Below are positions 1 through 12,259 of a stretch of 28,548 nucleotides of DNA, piece by piece. This stretch comes from Octopus sinensis (lineage: Eukaryota), in the NCBI RefSeq assembly GCF_006345805.1, contig NW_021833518.1, positions 1-28,548 on the forward strand. The letters run 5' to 3'. Positions within the stretch are counted from its first letter, which is position 1. Every line of letters starts with the position of its first letter. The notes under the pieces were generated by a model, which did no database searches, had not been told where the DNA came from, and saw nothing but the letters and a program-made list of their open reading frames with translations. The position numbers were made by a program, and so were the translations under genes.

Positions 1-7
1 AGAGGTT

Positions 8-38
8 AGGTCAAAGGTCAATCTGTTACTATGGCAAC
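8..38. promoter_or_regulatory. Perfect DR1 (AGGTCA-A-AGGTCA, 8-20) next to an RFX X-box (GTTACTATGGCAAC, 25-38)
   Basis: The motifs are read directly from the sequence and match the established DR1 and X-box consensus. Function is not shown. Confidence 0.5.
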
Positions 39-426
39 AGTTTGGATACTTATTGATCTGACCACGTATCGCTAGTCACTACACTACACATTATTTTCTC
101 TCTTTGTTTCTTTCTGTGGAAGAGCATAGGCTCGAAACATTAAAGACTTTTTCACTTCCTGAGCGTTATACTAATACATCTGTTTTTTGTCTACACCACC
201 TGCCTTCGTTTGTTTTTTTGTGAATTCTCCCCCCTATACATGAGGAATTATTGCCTTGCTTGGTTGACAATGTATATTTTAGTAAAGTAATCTAATTATG
301 GAAGTTGTATCACTTAAAATGCAATTCACTAATTACAAAAACAATGAGAATTAAACACAAGAAAATGATACCCACAAAAAAATCTGTTAATAAATATAAA
401 AAGAATCACTTAAAAAGATAACTTAC

Positions 427-483
427 AGCTCCTAAGGTTCGATTATATACAGGCAAAGTAACAGTTGTTACCATGCCTAATCC
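427..483 (-). CDS. CACNA2D: Internal coding exon (57 nt, phase 0-0) of the same alpha-2/delta gene: GLGMVTTVTLPVYNRTLGA
   Basis: Strong acceptor gtttatctttcag|GGA and donor GCT|gtaagt. The peptide resembles alpha2delta (G/E)LGLV(I/V)TGTLPVFN-x-T, including the N-x-T sequon (NRT). It directly follows the peptide of the 13770-13687 exon. Confidence 0.93.
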
Positions 484-1612
484 CTGAAAGATAAACATTG
501 AAATATTGAAGTAAAAGATAACACTAATCAAGCATGTGAAAATCATTTAAAATGAAAACAAATGTTTTTAAAAATAATATTTGATTTTTTAAAATGATGT
601 TTAGTAATTAACAAAAATAATTTACCAAAAAATTGTGCAAGAAATCAATTATAAAGATTAAAACTTTAAATAAATTTTAACCGTATTATCATTATGTTTC
701 AAGCTAAGTTATAGTTAATTATATTAAAGTAATAAAATATATGGGGAAGTTGATAAAATAAAAAGGGGGTAAAGCACTAGTTATCATATCATCACAGACA
801 AGTGGCACCAAATCTGAAAGCACTCTTAAGTAAATCAGAATACTGTACAAGAGCAATTAGCTAGAGTTGCAAAGCAACTTTGTGATAGCTAATCACATTT
901 CAAAAATAGGCTCTGGTATTTATAATCTACCGGTAGCTCTCAAAAGGGCTTGATGGGAATATTTACAAACAAACTATTAAAATGTATTAAAAATTATTAG
1001 AAGTTAATGTCATATTCTTAAAATGTTAGATAATTACAGTAATAAATAAAACCAATCAGTTAGTACTAGTCATTTATAAAAGTTAATTTTAAATTATCTA
1101 TATATGATTTAATAGACAGTTTTAAAAGATGTTAAACAGAAAGATAGTGTGCATATGAGTGAAGACGGTGGAAATAAGTATGCATTGCACCATTAAAGTT
1201 GAATAGCAAGAAAGAAAGCATATTGTTATCATAGAAATTCATGCATGCAAAATATGATATACTGGGTCTCACAGACAGGTTCATAGAACTTAAATTTATT
1301 TTGAAAACTCTCTTGCTAGGATGGATGCCAAGAAAGACCAAATTTAAAATTTATAGATTCTAGATAACATTGAACAATTTCAAAGTAATAGCTTCTCTCC
1401 AGAAAATAACAACTCTAAAAAATCATTTTTATTTGTTAAAAATATTAATACAAAAACACTTAATCAATAATTAAATTTGGTTAAGAATTTGATAAATTTA
1501 ATAAGGTGGTGTATTAAAACAGTTAAAGCAGTCAAACTAGCAAAAGATATAGTATTTAAAAGGATGATTAGATATAATATAAAAAAATTATACATGTTTA
1601 ATTTTCATTAAT

Positions 1613-1637
1613 TAAATAAATAAATAAATAAATAAAT
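1613..1637. repeat. (TAAA)n microsatellite
   Basis: Read directly from the sequence. Confidence 0.9.
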
Positions 1638-3872
1638 GAATACATAAATACAAACGTTAGTAAGAAGCATGTTAAATTTTAGATTTTAGCTTTAAAATAT
1701 GGAACACAGAGCTACCAGTTATCAGGAAAGAGCTTCTTGTCAGAAAAAACTGCATATGAAATAAAGATTTCATAGGAGATCAGTATTGAGTCAAATTGTC
1801 TTCTCCATTCTAATTTCAAATATTGATGAGGTAACCACTGATTCTAAACTAAGAAGATTGGTGCATTTGTTCTCTTCAAAAATACTGATCTAAAGGACAT
1901 AGTATAGCAAACAATTATTTTAGAGTATTTTCATTAGGTATGTTCAACATATATTGAAAGGTCTGATAACACATTAGAAAATTTAATGGCATATTTTGCT
2001 AAAAATTTTCATCTAGGAATTTAGGAATTGATACTTGTCAGGTATCTTCCCCTACCGTGCATAATTTTCTGTTTTATTCAACACACATGAAACAGTTTTT
2101 GATTAGTAATTATAAGAGAAATAAAATATTATACAAATTTCCACCAAAATAAAATCAAACAAGGAACCAGAAGGTATGACAATGACAAAAAGTAGAGTAG
2201 AAAAATTTAGAATTAATGAAGAAATCCTATAAAGAAAAAGAAAAAAATGGGTAGCCATTTAATGAAGATTGAGAAACTTGGCTATGTATTAAACTAGGGA
2301 GTCAACTTGTTCAAACTCTATGTACATATATAACATATACATAAATTTTTCACATTTACTTGAAACTGGCCCTCTTTCTTTGTCATCATCTTCAAGTATT
2401 ACTTGAAGCAATAAATGATAAAAATTTTATTTGAAAAAAAAAGATCAACCTTTAATCTTTCACTTATCCTTTGAACCACTTATTTTTCTGCACCCAAGAA
2501 GTAATCTTTACCAAAAGACAAAAACAATCATAACAATAGACTTGGCTAGTAGTTTGAACTATCTCATATGATAGCAACTGTCCAACATAGCATCACAGAG
2601 TTTCTTCATCTTCACTGAGGTGTTTTATCAACCAGCTATATACACTGACATCTCTAAAATAATTTTAGAATGGTGGTGCCTTCTAGTAGCATAAGTGGAA
2701 GTTAGAAAGCTGTTTGTAATTCTTATCCTTAATATCTTTCAGGAAGGCTGCACAGTTCTTTGCAATGCCCAGCACCTTCTTTTGTGTTTGAGGATCTTGG
2801 TAACTCCATTTCCATTGTACTTTTGTTTTTAAATCTCCATCTACTATTGTCAATGTTTTACTCCAAGTGCTAACAGCAAAACTAAAATAACTTCAATCAA
2901 TTTTTTTATGTAATGATGAAATATTATCTTAGTACATTATTGCTTCAACGATTTCAAATCTCTTGTAAATTAGTATAATCATTTGCTACAATGACTATAT
3001 GATACTGCTGAAGTAACGATGATGATGGTTATGAAAATGCTTGGAATAACAGCTTTACTCTGTCTTTATAAGCTCACTTAAGTGTCTACATTTTTCAAAA
3101 CAATTAAAAATGCAATAGATAAACTTAAATGCAGACTTTTAGAAATACCATAATACAAAATATATCTGAAATATAATTAAATATTTCCATAAAAGCAGAT
3201 ATTTTTTTTAAAATGACAACTTACAATAGCTAAAAGAGATACAAATTACAGGGTGTATATTAGTTGTATAATTATATACAATCAAACTGTAAAATATACA
3301 GAAAGGCAAATCAGCAATCAAAATTTACTAAAAGCTGCTACATCACAGAAAACATCAAATCAACAGTTATATTACATTTATTATTTATTAAAACTCAATA
3401 ATTTCACAACATATATTTAGTTTAAAGTAGGTTGTAAAGAAAAATAGTTAAATAATGTTACTAGAATAAAATTCCAATAAAAAGTATTTACTTTTGTGAG
3501 GTTAGGGTTACAGCAAAAAAAAAAAAAGTAACTTCCAAAAATTCATAATCTTTTTAATTAAATATCCCTTACCTTTTCATATACGTAAAAAAATATTTTG
3601 AAAAATGTTATGGAAATGTATTCTATCAATTTCTAGTACATTGGCAAACAAACAAAGAATAATAAAGGTAATATGAGACAGAAACAAAAGATAAAATCAG
3701 AAACCTATTTTCAGGAAAATAGTATCTCAACACCTATTTCTTGGAAAATATATGTTTTATATACTTAAAAAATTATTAAAAATCATTAATTTCCATAATA
3801 CTAAAGTAATTTCTGCAGGAAGGTAATATGATAGATATTATTTTCTATGTAAGGTCAAAAATATAAGCAAGC

Positions 3873-3906
3873 ACATACATACATACGTACATACATACAT
3901 ACATAC
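3873..3906. repeat. (ACAT)n microsatellite
   Basis: Read directly from the sequence. Confidence 0.9.
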
Positions 3907-3927
3907 ACAATCTCAGCCAACAAAAAA

Positions 3928-4065
3928 GCCATTACACAGTTACTCGACCTGCTCGAAACAGCAGCCAAATGTACCTCAAATCGAACCCTGTGATCTTAGA
4001 AAAGGAAGGACACTTCCTACAATGTAGTCCGAGATGTGCAAAAAGATGGGATGGTCATGAATAGA
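3928..4065. mobile_element. Interspersed repeat fragment (octopus SINE-like)
   Basis: CCATTACACAGTTACTCGACCTGCTCGAAACAGCAGCCAAAT...AAAGGAAGGACAC...GATGGGATGGTCATG is a GC/CpG-richer island next to (ACAT)n, recognised from memory only. Confidence 0.45.
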
Positions 4066-4143
4066 ACACTATTGATTTTGGATGTGCTAAATCAAAGCTA
4101 ATTTGTGATTATGTAAACACATGTAAATAATTAAATATTACAC

Positions 4144-4200
4144 TTAAAGGTGGTGTTCCAGCATAGCCTTGGCTGTGATGGCTAAAACATACTAAAGAAC
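4144..4200 (+). mobile_element. SINE 3' tail remnant
   Basis: TAAAGGTGGTGTTCCAGCATAGCC...GCTAAAACA resembles the recalled octopus SINE end AAAGGCGGTGCTCCAGCATGGCC...GACTGAAACA. Confidence 0.45.
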
Positions 4201-4909
4201 TGCTCTTACACACACACACACTGATAATTATACATACAAATATAGCTAAAATAACCACCAGAATCACAAGTCACACCATCCAAGTTCTGGAATGATATTA
4301 CATTAGTCAATTAACCTTTATTTCTATTTTCTTTTACATATTTTTTCATAAACAATACGGTTTTCTTTTATCCATTATCATTAAATTGCAAGGTAAACTT
4401 GATATATGAATAATCTTTTCCACAAATGAGTAGAATCTGATTGTGTTTTTGTGATGTTATGAATAATTTCTTCATGTGCCAATGAAATCAATAATTATCT
4501 TAAACATTTTTTTTCTGTTATGCTTTTATGAACCCCATTATTTTCATTCAATGCTATATATTATGAAACAATATAATAACATGAGCTATTCTAATCATGA
4601 TTATCTAGTGAGGAAGATCTGAAATGATTTTGGAAACTAATACAATATTTAATGAAAATACTACAATACATACTAAAATGAATTCATTTAAATTTTAGGA
4701 CCAGACAGAATCATAGCACTGTTTGTAGAATGTTTAAAAAGAAGTATTCAAATAACCATTATTTCTATTTTTTTCCTAATCTTTTTTACAGAGGATATAA
4801 GAGAAGTAAATATTCACTAAAGCCTACTAAGAGTATGAGAAGCTTATTCACAATAGCAGCAGTTAATTTGAAGTATTTCTGGTTTCTAAACTGAAATAAA
4901 TTTGTTTAT

Positions 4910-4980
4910 GTAATACAGATTAAGCAGAAAAAAATCTAATTCTTTTTAGAATTACATTTTTTCTGCTTAATCTGTATTAC
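4910..4980. repeat. Near-perfect inverted repeat (34/33-bp arms, 4-nt loop)
   Basis: GTAATACAGATTAAGCAGAAAAAAATCTAATTCT-TTTT-AGAATTACATTTTTTCTGCTTAATCTGTATTAC, with one mismatch and one 1-nt bulge. Confidence 0.95.
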
Positions 4981-5503
4981 TCAAAAAGGGGACATTGAAA
5001 AGGTGATAAACAGTTTTGGTAGTTAAGAACAGTAGAAGAAATAAAGGGAAAATTAGATGACTGTTAATGAAAGTTGTTCACCAACCAAGAGAATGTTATT
5101 TTTATAATGTAATCCATAAAAATTTGGACTGAATTTCTGACAAAAGCAGATATAATGTTCTAGACAAGAAATTATGTATATTTGAGGTTAGTCATTAACT
5201 GCCTACAGCTAAAGTACTTGTTACTATTAATGAAGAAAAAGTATTCTTGGTACACCTTGGTTTCAGTTTGAGATGTACATTCTTTGATTTATATATGTAA
5301 ATGAATATATATATATATATTTGAAATTTATAGAAAAACAAAAGACAGGTGTATAAACAACAAACAAGTGTATTAGTTTGATGCTCAGGAAAAATGAAGA
5401 AGTCTTTTATGTTTCGAGCCTACACTCTTCAACAGAAAGGAATAAGAGAAAATAAGTAGAGAGAAAATGAAAAAAACTTGTAGATTTCAATGGTCCAACA
5501 TGG

Positions 5504-5506
<3 letters not shown>

Positions 5507-5537
<31 letters not shown>
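5507..5537. repeat. (TA)n microsatellite
   Basis: Read directly from the sequence. Confidence 0.95.
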
Positions 5538-5541
<4 letters not shown>

Positions 5542-5602
5542 AATTAATATGCTTGCATATACATAATACACATTCCTTTTCACTTGTGTGCATGTGGCTC
5601 TG

Positions 5603-5925
5603 GTGCTGGTGGCATATAAAAAGCACCAACCGATCATGACCAACACCAGTATGCCCTGACTGGCTTCTGTGCCGGTGGCACATAAAATGCACCATCTGAA
5701 TGTGATCGCTGCCAAGCCCACCTTACTAGCCCCTATGCTGATGACTCGTAAAAAGCATCCACTACACTCTCAGAGTGGTTGGCATTAGGAAGGGCATCCA
5801 GCTGTAGAAACTCTGCCAGACCAGATTGGAGCCTGGTGCAGTAGCTGGCTCTCCAGACCTCAATCAAACCGTCCAACCCATGCCAGCATGGAAAACGGAC
5901 GTTAATCGATGATGATGATGATGAT
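5603..5925 (+). mobile_element. 5'-truncated RTE-type 3' end (or RTE-tailed SINE) with three 25-bp core repeats at a 66-bp period and a (GAT)n tail
   Basis: Cores at 5603-5627, 5669-5693 and 5735-5759 (GTGCCGGTGGCACATAAAA(A/T)GCACC). These are followed by TTAGGAAGGGCATCCAGC...CCCATGCCAGCATGGAAAACGGACGTTAA and (GAT)n, homologous to the reverse complement of 26009-26155. Confidence 0.85.
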
Positions 5926-6079
5926 ATACACTCATCCATATAATGGTTTATGTGGAAATTGAATTAAAATTAGAAAGTAATGTATCCATATACTTTATTC
6001 CAATTTTTCAATTTTCAATCAACTGGACTATGTACATAATTCCTCATCTCTTAAATATTGGACTAACTATTCAATGAAT

Positions 6080-6235
6080 TCTAGTGTGGCTGAGTACTCA
6101 TCTTACACTAACATCCTTAACATAATTCTTAAGCAGAATCTACTTGACACAGTGTGTAAAAATGCTGGCCTATGAATTACATGTACTGTCTATCTACCAA
6201 ATTTCTATAAAATGTCCATCAACCCACAAGGCTTG
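6080..6235. mobile_element. Possible degenerate SINE-like fragment
   Basis: GTGGCTGAGTACTC...CCTTAAC...GACACAGTGTG...GCTGGCC..TGAATTACA, recognised from memory only. Confidence 0.3.
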
Positions 6236-7043
6236 GAAGTAAATGAAATCAGAAAGCTCTGAAAAGCAAAAAATTTTAATTTTATCATTGAAAATATTCC
6301 TAACAGTGCTAATACTTCATATGCAATATGATATTGATGAAAACATGATTATCTGATAGGTTTGTTGAGATTTAATACTGCAAGATAGTCTTATTTGAGA
6401 ATGTGCTTCCTTGCCATGTGAACAGAGAATAATTTAAAAATTTAGTGGAAGCATGAATCTAGTTGAATAATTGTCATGAGGATAAATATGCGAGTATTCC
6501 AATATCTGTTCATTAAGGTGAAATTTTCAAGTAAAAACATTGTATGCTTATAAAATAGCCAAAAATCTTTATGAAATTCAACATGAAAGTATCCTGTTGT
6601 AACTGGATATGTTAGAGTATTTAATATTTTAGACATTAGATGACATTATTGATACACAAGAAATATAACTAGGGAACTATTAAGGTTTTTAAACACTGTA
6701 ACATCTAACTGTAAAAAAATGGACTCCCAATATAAATTCCATGCGACCATATCACATTGAGTTACTAGATAGAAATGTTAAATATTGGCAATACCATTTC
6801 TTTTTGCTGTTAAAAATTATAACAAACACACACTCATCCATCCATGCATATACACCAACATACATATTTATATATGTAGATACATGCGTATGCTTACATT
6901 ACATTTACAAGTATATATAAAACAACTTTACAATTATTAAAACATACTCAGAAATTGTACAACCAAAAGCAGATGAATGCCACAAAAATATCACAAAACT
7001 AAGGACTTGATCAAACAGAAAAATCTATTCTTAAATGTGTAAT

Positions 7044-7067
7044 ATACATACATACACACACACACAC

Positions 7068-7146
<79 letters not shown>

Positions 7147-7197
7147 ACATATACATGTATTTATATACACAAATATATACATACATACACACACACA
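7044..7197. repeat. Compound (CA)n/(TA)n microsatellite
   Basis: Read directly from the sequence. Confidence 0.95.
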
Positions 7198-7982
7198 CCA
7201 TAAATAATTAAAAATATAGTTCCAACAAAACAACATATCCCAGGAAAATATTCTCTATAAATAGTAAATATTCCAATAGTAAAAATCAGCAAGACATGCA
7301 AGATACAGAATTGATAGCAAATGTTGGTTTTAACACACACAAGCCATGCAGCTACATGTCCCAAAACCAACAAAGGCTTAGAATATATCTGCAACATAAC
7401 ATAAGAGCAGCCTAAAATTTCTCTCTTCAGTTTGACCTACATGAAAACATAAAGCAAAACACAAATGTAATGAAATTGTTGCAACATCAATTTTCCCTCC
7501 AAATCTCAACCTTGTACAGCAGTAAAGATTTCTTTGCATAAGACACACCAAACCAAAACTTTTATATGCTAGCCATGTATATCAAGTATATTTCTGGCAA
7601 TCACTTGATCTACCAAGAAAATCCAATGCAAAATGTAGGATAGATGTTAAATGAGATGCAACATGCTGTCACATTCTAAATAGCTAATTAAAAGATGTAA
7701 AAATCTACAGCCAGTATGAAAACAAACATCCTTTTGAATCTGCATGTCAGTAAAACATTTTTGATCAAGATTTTTACTAGAGCTACTCAACAACAACAAA
7801 TCTCAATTTAGTTCAAACTTAAAAGTTTTCAAGCTTCATTGTTAAATGTTTCTGTTGGTCACACAATGTTATATTGGTTCATCAATTAACTAATATACCT
7901 ATTCTGGTGAAGGTGGATACATACTTAAAAAACTGTAGAAATATACAAATATGCCATCAACAAAAACAAACATGTCCTCATA

Positions 7983-8270
7983 GGGCCTCTTGATACAAAT
8001 TGTACAACTAGAGACTAAAAATAATGCATTAAGACTGGTCTAGTTAAACTAACCACATCACTGCACACACAATTTAAAACAAGAACGAGAATTTATATTG
8101 GTTATACTTATGTGAATACTAATGATGAACAAAACCTCAACCTTGAGAATAATACTGGCAACTTGAAAACAGAGTGTTGTGACTCTGAAATATTGACATA
8201 TAAATATTGTAGTCCTAGCAACAGGCTTTTCATTTGTTTATCACCATTTATAAATTTAAACATAAAAATG
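7983..8270 (+). mobile_element. Possible Penelope-like GIY-YIG endonuclease remnant
   Basis: One frame, with two stops, reads PLDTNC...RIYIGYT (8091-8108)...EIL, echoing the Penelope CPL.G.C...YIG.T...W.IL pattern. Confidence 0.35.
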
Positions 8271-9224
8271 GACAAATAAAAACAAATGTACAAAACATCT
8301 AAAAAGTTGATTTGCAGGTACTGATAAATCACGATCTACAACTGTAAAAGATAGGCCTTCAATGACTGATTCATGAACTCACCATAAAACAATATAAGAT
8401 CAAGACATGGAAGTTTGTAGTATAGGAAACTGACAGAGGTAACTCCTTTTAATTTTCACATCAATAAAGTGAAGTATTAGCAGTGTAATAGCTAAAGGAT
8501 CAAATTTACAGAATCTAGAAATATTTTGTTCATTAGCAAAACAGCCAAAACTTCGTTATATTTGTAAGTAAAAACATTTTATCATGATATCTGTCCATAA
8601 CAAATTTATTACAATAGCTATGAATAAACATACAAACAGGTATGTTATATTAAAAAAATTATTATGATGTAGTTTAGTGTGTATTTCATCTTTTGATATT
8701 TTTACTTGAGTTTTGATAGTTAAAATTCTAAACATACATGGAAGTTAAAATATACTAAACTTAAACCGTATACTCAATTCAACATGATTAAACTAAAAGC
8801 TTAGCATACATATATTGTATCTGTATGTCTGTGCATGCATGTGTAAATATTTATATGATGATGTAAAATTCTTCTTCATTTTAGCTAAATTTAGTAACAA
8901 AGACTCAAAAAAGTAGCAGAGACACTATAATGTAGGAAGTAATTAGTTATATATAAAGATTATCACAGCTAGAAAGAGATATAAATTCTGGATTATATGG
9001 AAAAAAAAAATTTTTAATTAGCAGGATTGTTTATTGAAAAGTTTGTAGATGCAGAATCAAATTTGAAAAAAATGAAAAAAATAAATACATAAATAATAAG
9101 TAGCATCTCATGGTGTGTATTTAATTTTTTCTTGATTATATGGTTGTAGTGTACAGTATAAAATAGTTACAGTTAATGTTTTAAATTCTCAAAATAAGGG
9201 CAATAATAAAACAATAGTGAAGTG

Positions 9225-9385
9225 GTAGTAATCATACAGCACTAGACTATATGCCTTAAAGTATTGTTTCACTCCTCAACATTCTGTGTTCAAATCCCAT
9301 AAAGGTGAATTTTTGAAATAATCCTTTTGTCTGAATAAAATAGTACCAGTGATGTCAAGGTAATATCATCCAACTAAACTCCTTT
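9225..9385 (+). mobile_element. Degenerate tRNA-derived SINE
   Basis: Pol III B-box GTTCAAATCC at 9288-9297, followed by ATCCTTTTGTCTGAATAAAATAGTACCAGT, which resembles the recalled central domain of mollusc/octopus SINEs. Confidence 0.5.
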
Positions 9386-12139
9386 TCCACAAGTTTATCA
9401 TACTGCTTCCATATAAGAAATCAATATTAGATCAATGAAATAACTATTTCTATTGTTGAGGGTTTCTCATTTTTATGATCTGTTTGTTAAATGTTTTGAA
9501 TAGTTTTGATGCAAAGCTAAAAACAAATAAATATAAAATTACATCTGTTAATTTGCATGTCATTTTCTATTCAAACAATATTTCAGATAATGGAAAATAT
9601 GGCAGATTGATGGGAAAACAGAAGAATATGTTCATGTGTAAACATGTTTTGATCAATAAAAGGATGCAGAACTTGATTCACACATTTCAGTTGTTTGTTG
9701 TAGATATCTGAATAGATTGTCTAGTGTGGACTGAGGATTATCAAATAAATATTTTACTTAAATCAAACTGGTACTGCAGTACTGGCAATAACAGTCATTA
9801 AAAAAATAATATATATATAGGTAAAAGTTTCACTCACTCACTCACTCACTAACACACACACAAACACATCTTTGTAGAGCTTTTTCCCAAACAATTTGAA
9901 AGTTTTGTTGTAGTGTTTTAAATGAAAAATTTACAATTTTACTATAATTTTTCTAATCAGTCCACATTTCTGCAGCACCCAGTTATAAATACTCAGCACA
10001 CTAGAAATGGATAATCTTATTTGAAAGGCACTGAACTGATTTCATAATAGAATGTTCCTACACTGTAATTTAAATATTTATATTTAAGATGAAAAAAGAT
10101 TAAAAAAAATTTTTTCCAAAGAAAGAATGTCAACAATTTAAACCTAAAAAGTGATAAAATCAAAATATGGATTAAATGCTAAAATGTTAGGGATAAAATT
10201 TTAAACTTTCCTTCAGAATAAAATGTTATAGCTAAAACTAGTTATTATTTGATTTAATGAGGGATAATTTTATAAAATTTTCACTTTTAATGACTTTTTA
10301 ATAAATTTGAACATTTTTTCCTATATTTCCTGAAATTAAGGCTTTTTAAAAAAGATGTCCTGTATCCATAATAATATTTTTTAATAAATTATTATAATTC
10401 ATTTCAAAATAAAGAGGTTAATAAATCCTGTTTAATTTAGTTACTCAAATTAACTCCAAACTTGTATTATATTAATCAGTTAGGAATAATTAGAGCTTAA
10501 TTTATAAAAAGATATTCGTAAAAACACTCAGTTATGTCCAGGCACTCTATATGATTGTTTTATTCATTGTCAATGAACAAGCTCATTTAAAATATTTGCA
10601 ATAAGGGACAATTGTTTGTTTATAATTATTATTAACACAGGTTATTAAATATATAGTTATACCACACATGGTTTTTCAAAGGAGGAATATTTTGACTGTT
10701 TATTAAAAACATGTTAAAATGTATAAAATGTTATAAAATTCACCAATTTCTGGTAAACACTTATTATTGTACATACACTCAACACACATTCTATATTCTA
10801 ATTTACAATATATAAAAAAAAAAAAATTTTAATCTATTAACTATTGAATTATTAAAATTAAGATATATTATTTTATTCAAACATTGATATCCCACAATGA
10901 ATAGTATACTTATTAAGAAACTACTTATCAAAGTGAAGTTGGCTGTACTTAAAGAATAGAAAATACAGTAAATTACTATATAATTGAAATTTCAATAGTA
11001 TTACTGAAAAATATTATACTATAACAGAACTTGGTGAAATGTGAACTCACTACACTGGTTTAAGATGATAGAATAAAAAAAAAAGGAGTTTGGACCTGCA
11101 TGCATAATAGGCAATATTTTTGTTAAGAAAGACTGGGTACATCTTTTAACATCATAATATGGTTTATGATCGATGATTTAAGAATAACAATTTCTAAAGT
11201 AGAAAATGTTGCAAACAATAAAAACCGAAAGAAAAATACTAACATACTGTGTCAAAACTGTCAACAAAATGGGCTTTATTCTTAGTTGAAACTATATCAT
11301 TAATGTAACTAATATCCTTAGGAGGGGCTTTAGCATCACAACTTTATATTTCTATTATTCTTAAATAATGGAGCTTTGTGTTGAGTCAAAAGGAATTCAT
11401 GACTAAAACCATAAATACCTACACAGATCTATCCATAATTAAATTTATATCTATGGAAAAGACCTCTTAATATATCTGACAGTATCATGCACAACAATAG
11501 GAAAAAAAAAGAAACCATATTACTGTTATTTTAATGATACTTTGAAGAAACGAGACAATTAAGTCAGTACTAATTAAAAAATAGTACATGAAGTAAAATG
11601 ATACATATCACAAAAGTCACATTCTGTGCTACATAACTATGAAGGCAAAATATAGATAGTAAAGTACCAACACTTTGTACTAATTGGTCCTCTGGAAGTA
11701 TTCTATAACTTAAAGGATGACTGACAAAGTTAAAATGTTCAGTGAAAAATCTGATATATGAGCAGATGTTCTTAAAACTTTTTGCTGTTTCTTTTAGAAT
11801 TCTATATCATTACGTATTTTTGTTGCAGGTCCTATCAAAGGGAAAAATTTTTAAGCTAAAAAAAAAAAGAAGACCAAATTAATGTGGTTGATTACAGTTG
11901 TTAGAACTATACAAGTTCAATATGTTTAACTTAATACCCAAAATTCTAAATCATAAATAATTGTATTTCAATGAAAAAGAGTGTGTCAGAGAAGAATGAG
12001 CAGTACTCATTCTTTTTTCTCAGGGTTTTTTTGAGGTTGGTGGGGAGAAGTTAACCTTAGATGGTGGTGGTAACCAAGCAATGTGTCAAGTCTACTACCC
12101 AAGAACAGCAACATTCCTCTAATAGGTTTCTCAGAGCTT

Positions 12140-12259
12140 CCATCTAAATTTCACTCACAAAACTTTGGTCAATGGCTGAAAAACTTGCCCAAGGTATTGT
12201 GCAGTGGAAATGAATTCAAAACTAGATAGTTGCATAGTGAACCTTTTAACTACAGTTAT
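12140..12259 (-). mobile_element. Degenerate SINE 5' portion
   Basis: CCATCTAAATTTCACTCACAAAACTTTGGTC...ACTTGCCCAAGGTATTGTGCAGTGG resembles the reverse complement of a common octopus SINE head (recalled consensus). Confidence 0.55.

Noticed and set aside
760-1500. Possible decayed coding sequence (KYDILGLTDR, APE-like)
   Set aside because: One weak motif with no ordered supporting motifs.
2357-2398. Minus-strand mini-exon ILEDDDKERGPVS
   Set aside because: It would begin with TAA in the required phase 0, and homologues need no sequence between the two confirmed exons.
2390-2408. Perfect 19-bp palindrome CTTCAAGTA-T-TACTTGAAG
   Set aside because: About one 9-bp-arm palindrome is expected by chance in 28 kb of AT-rich DNA.
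2743-2799. Plus-strand exon-like segment (tctttcag|...|gtaact; RLHSSLQCPAPSFVFEDL)
   Set aside because: No recognisable protein, no partner exons, and antisense to the host gene. Splice-like pairs are common by chance.
3702-3750. Twin CTATTT..GGAAAATA motifs including a STAT-like TTCTTGGAA
   Set aside because: Short AT-rich duplication, and the motif is expected by chance.
5603-5759. CRISPR array
   Set aside because: Eukaryotic intron, no cas genes, spacers homologous to each other (21/41), and the unit is part of a retroelement 3' end.
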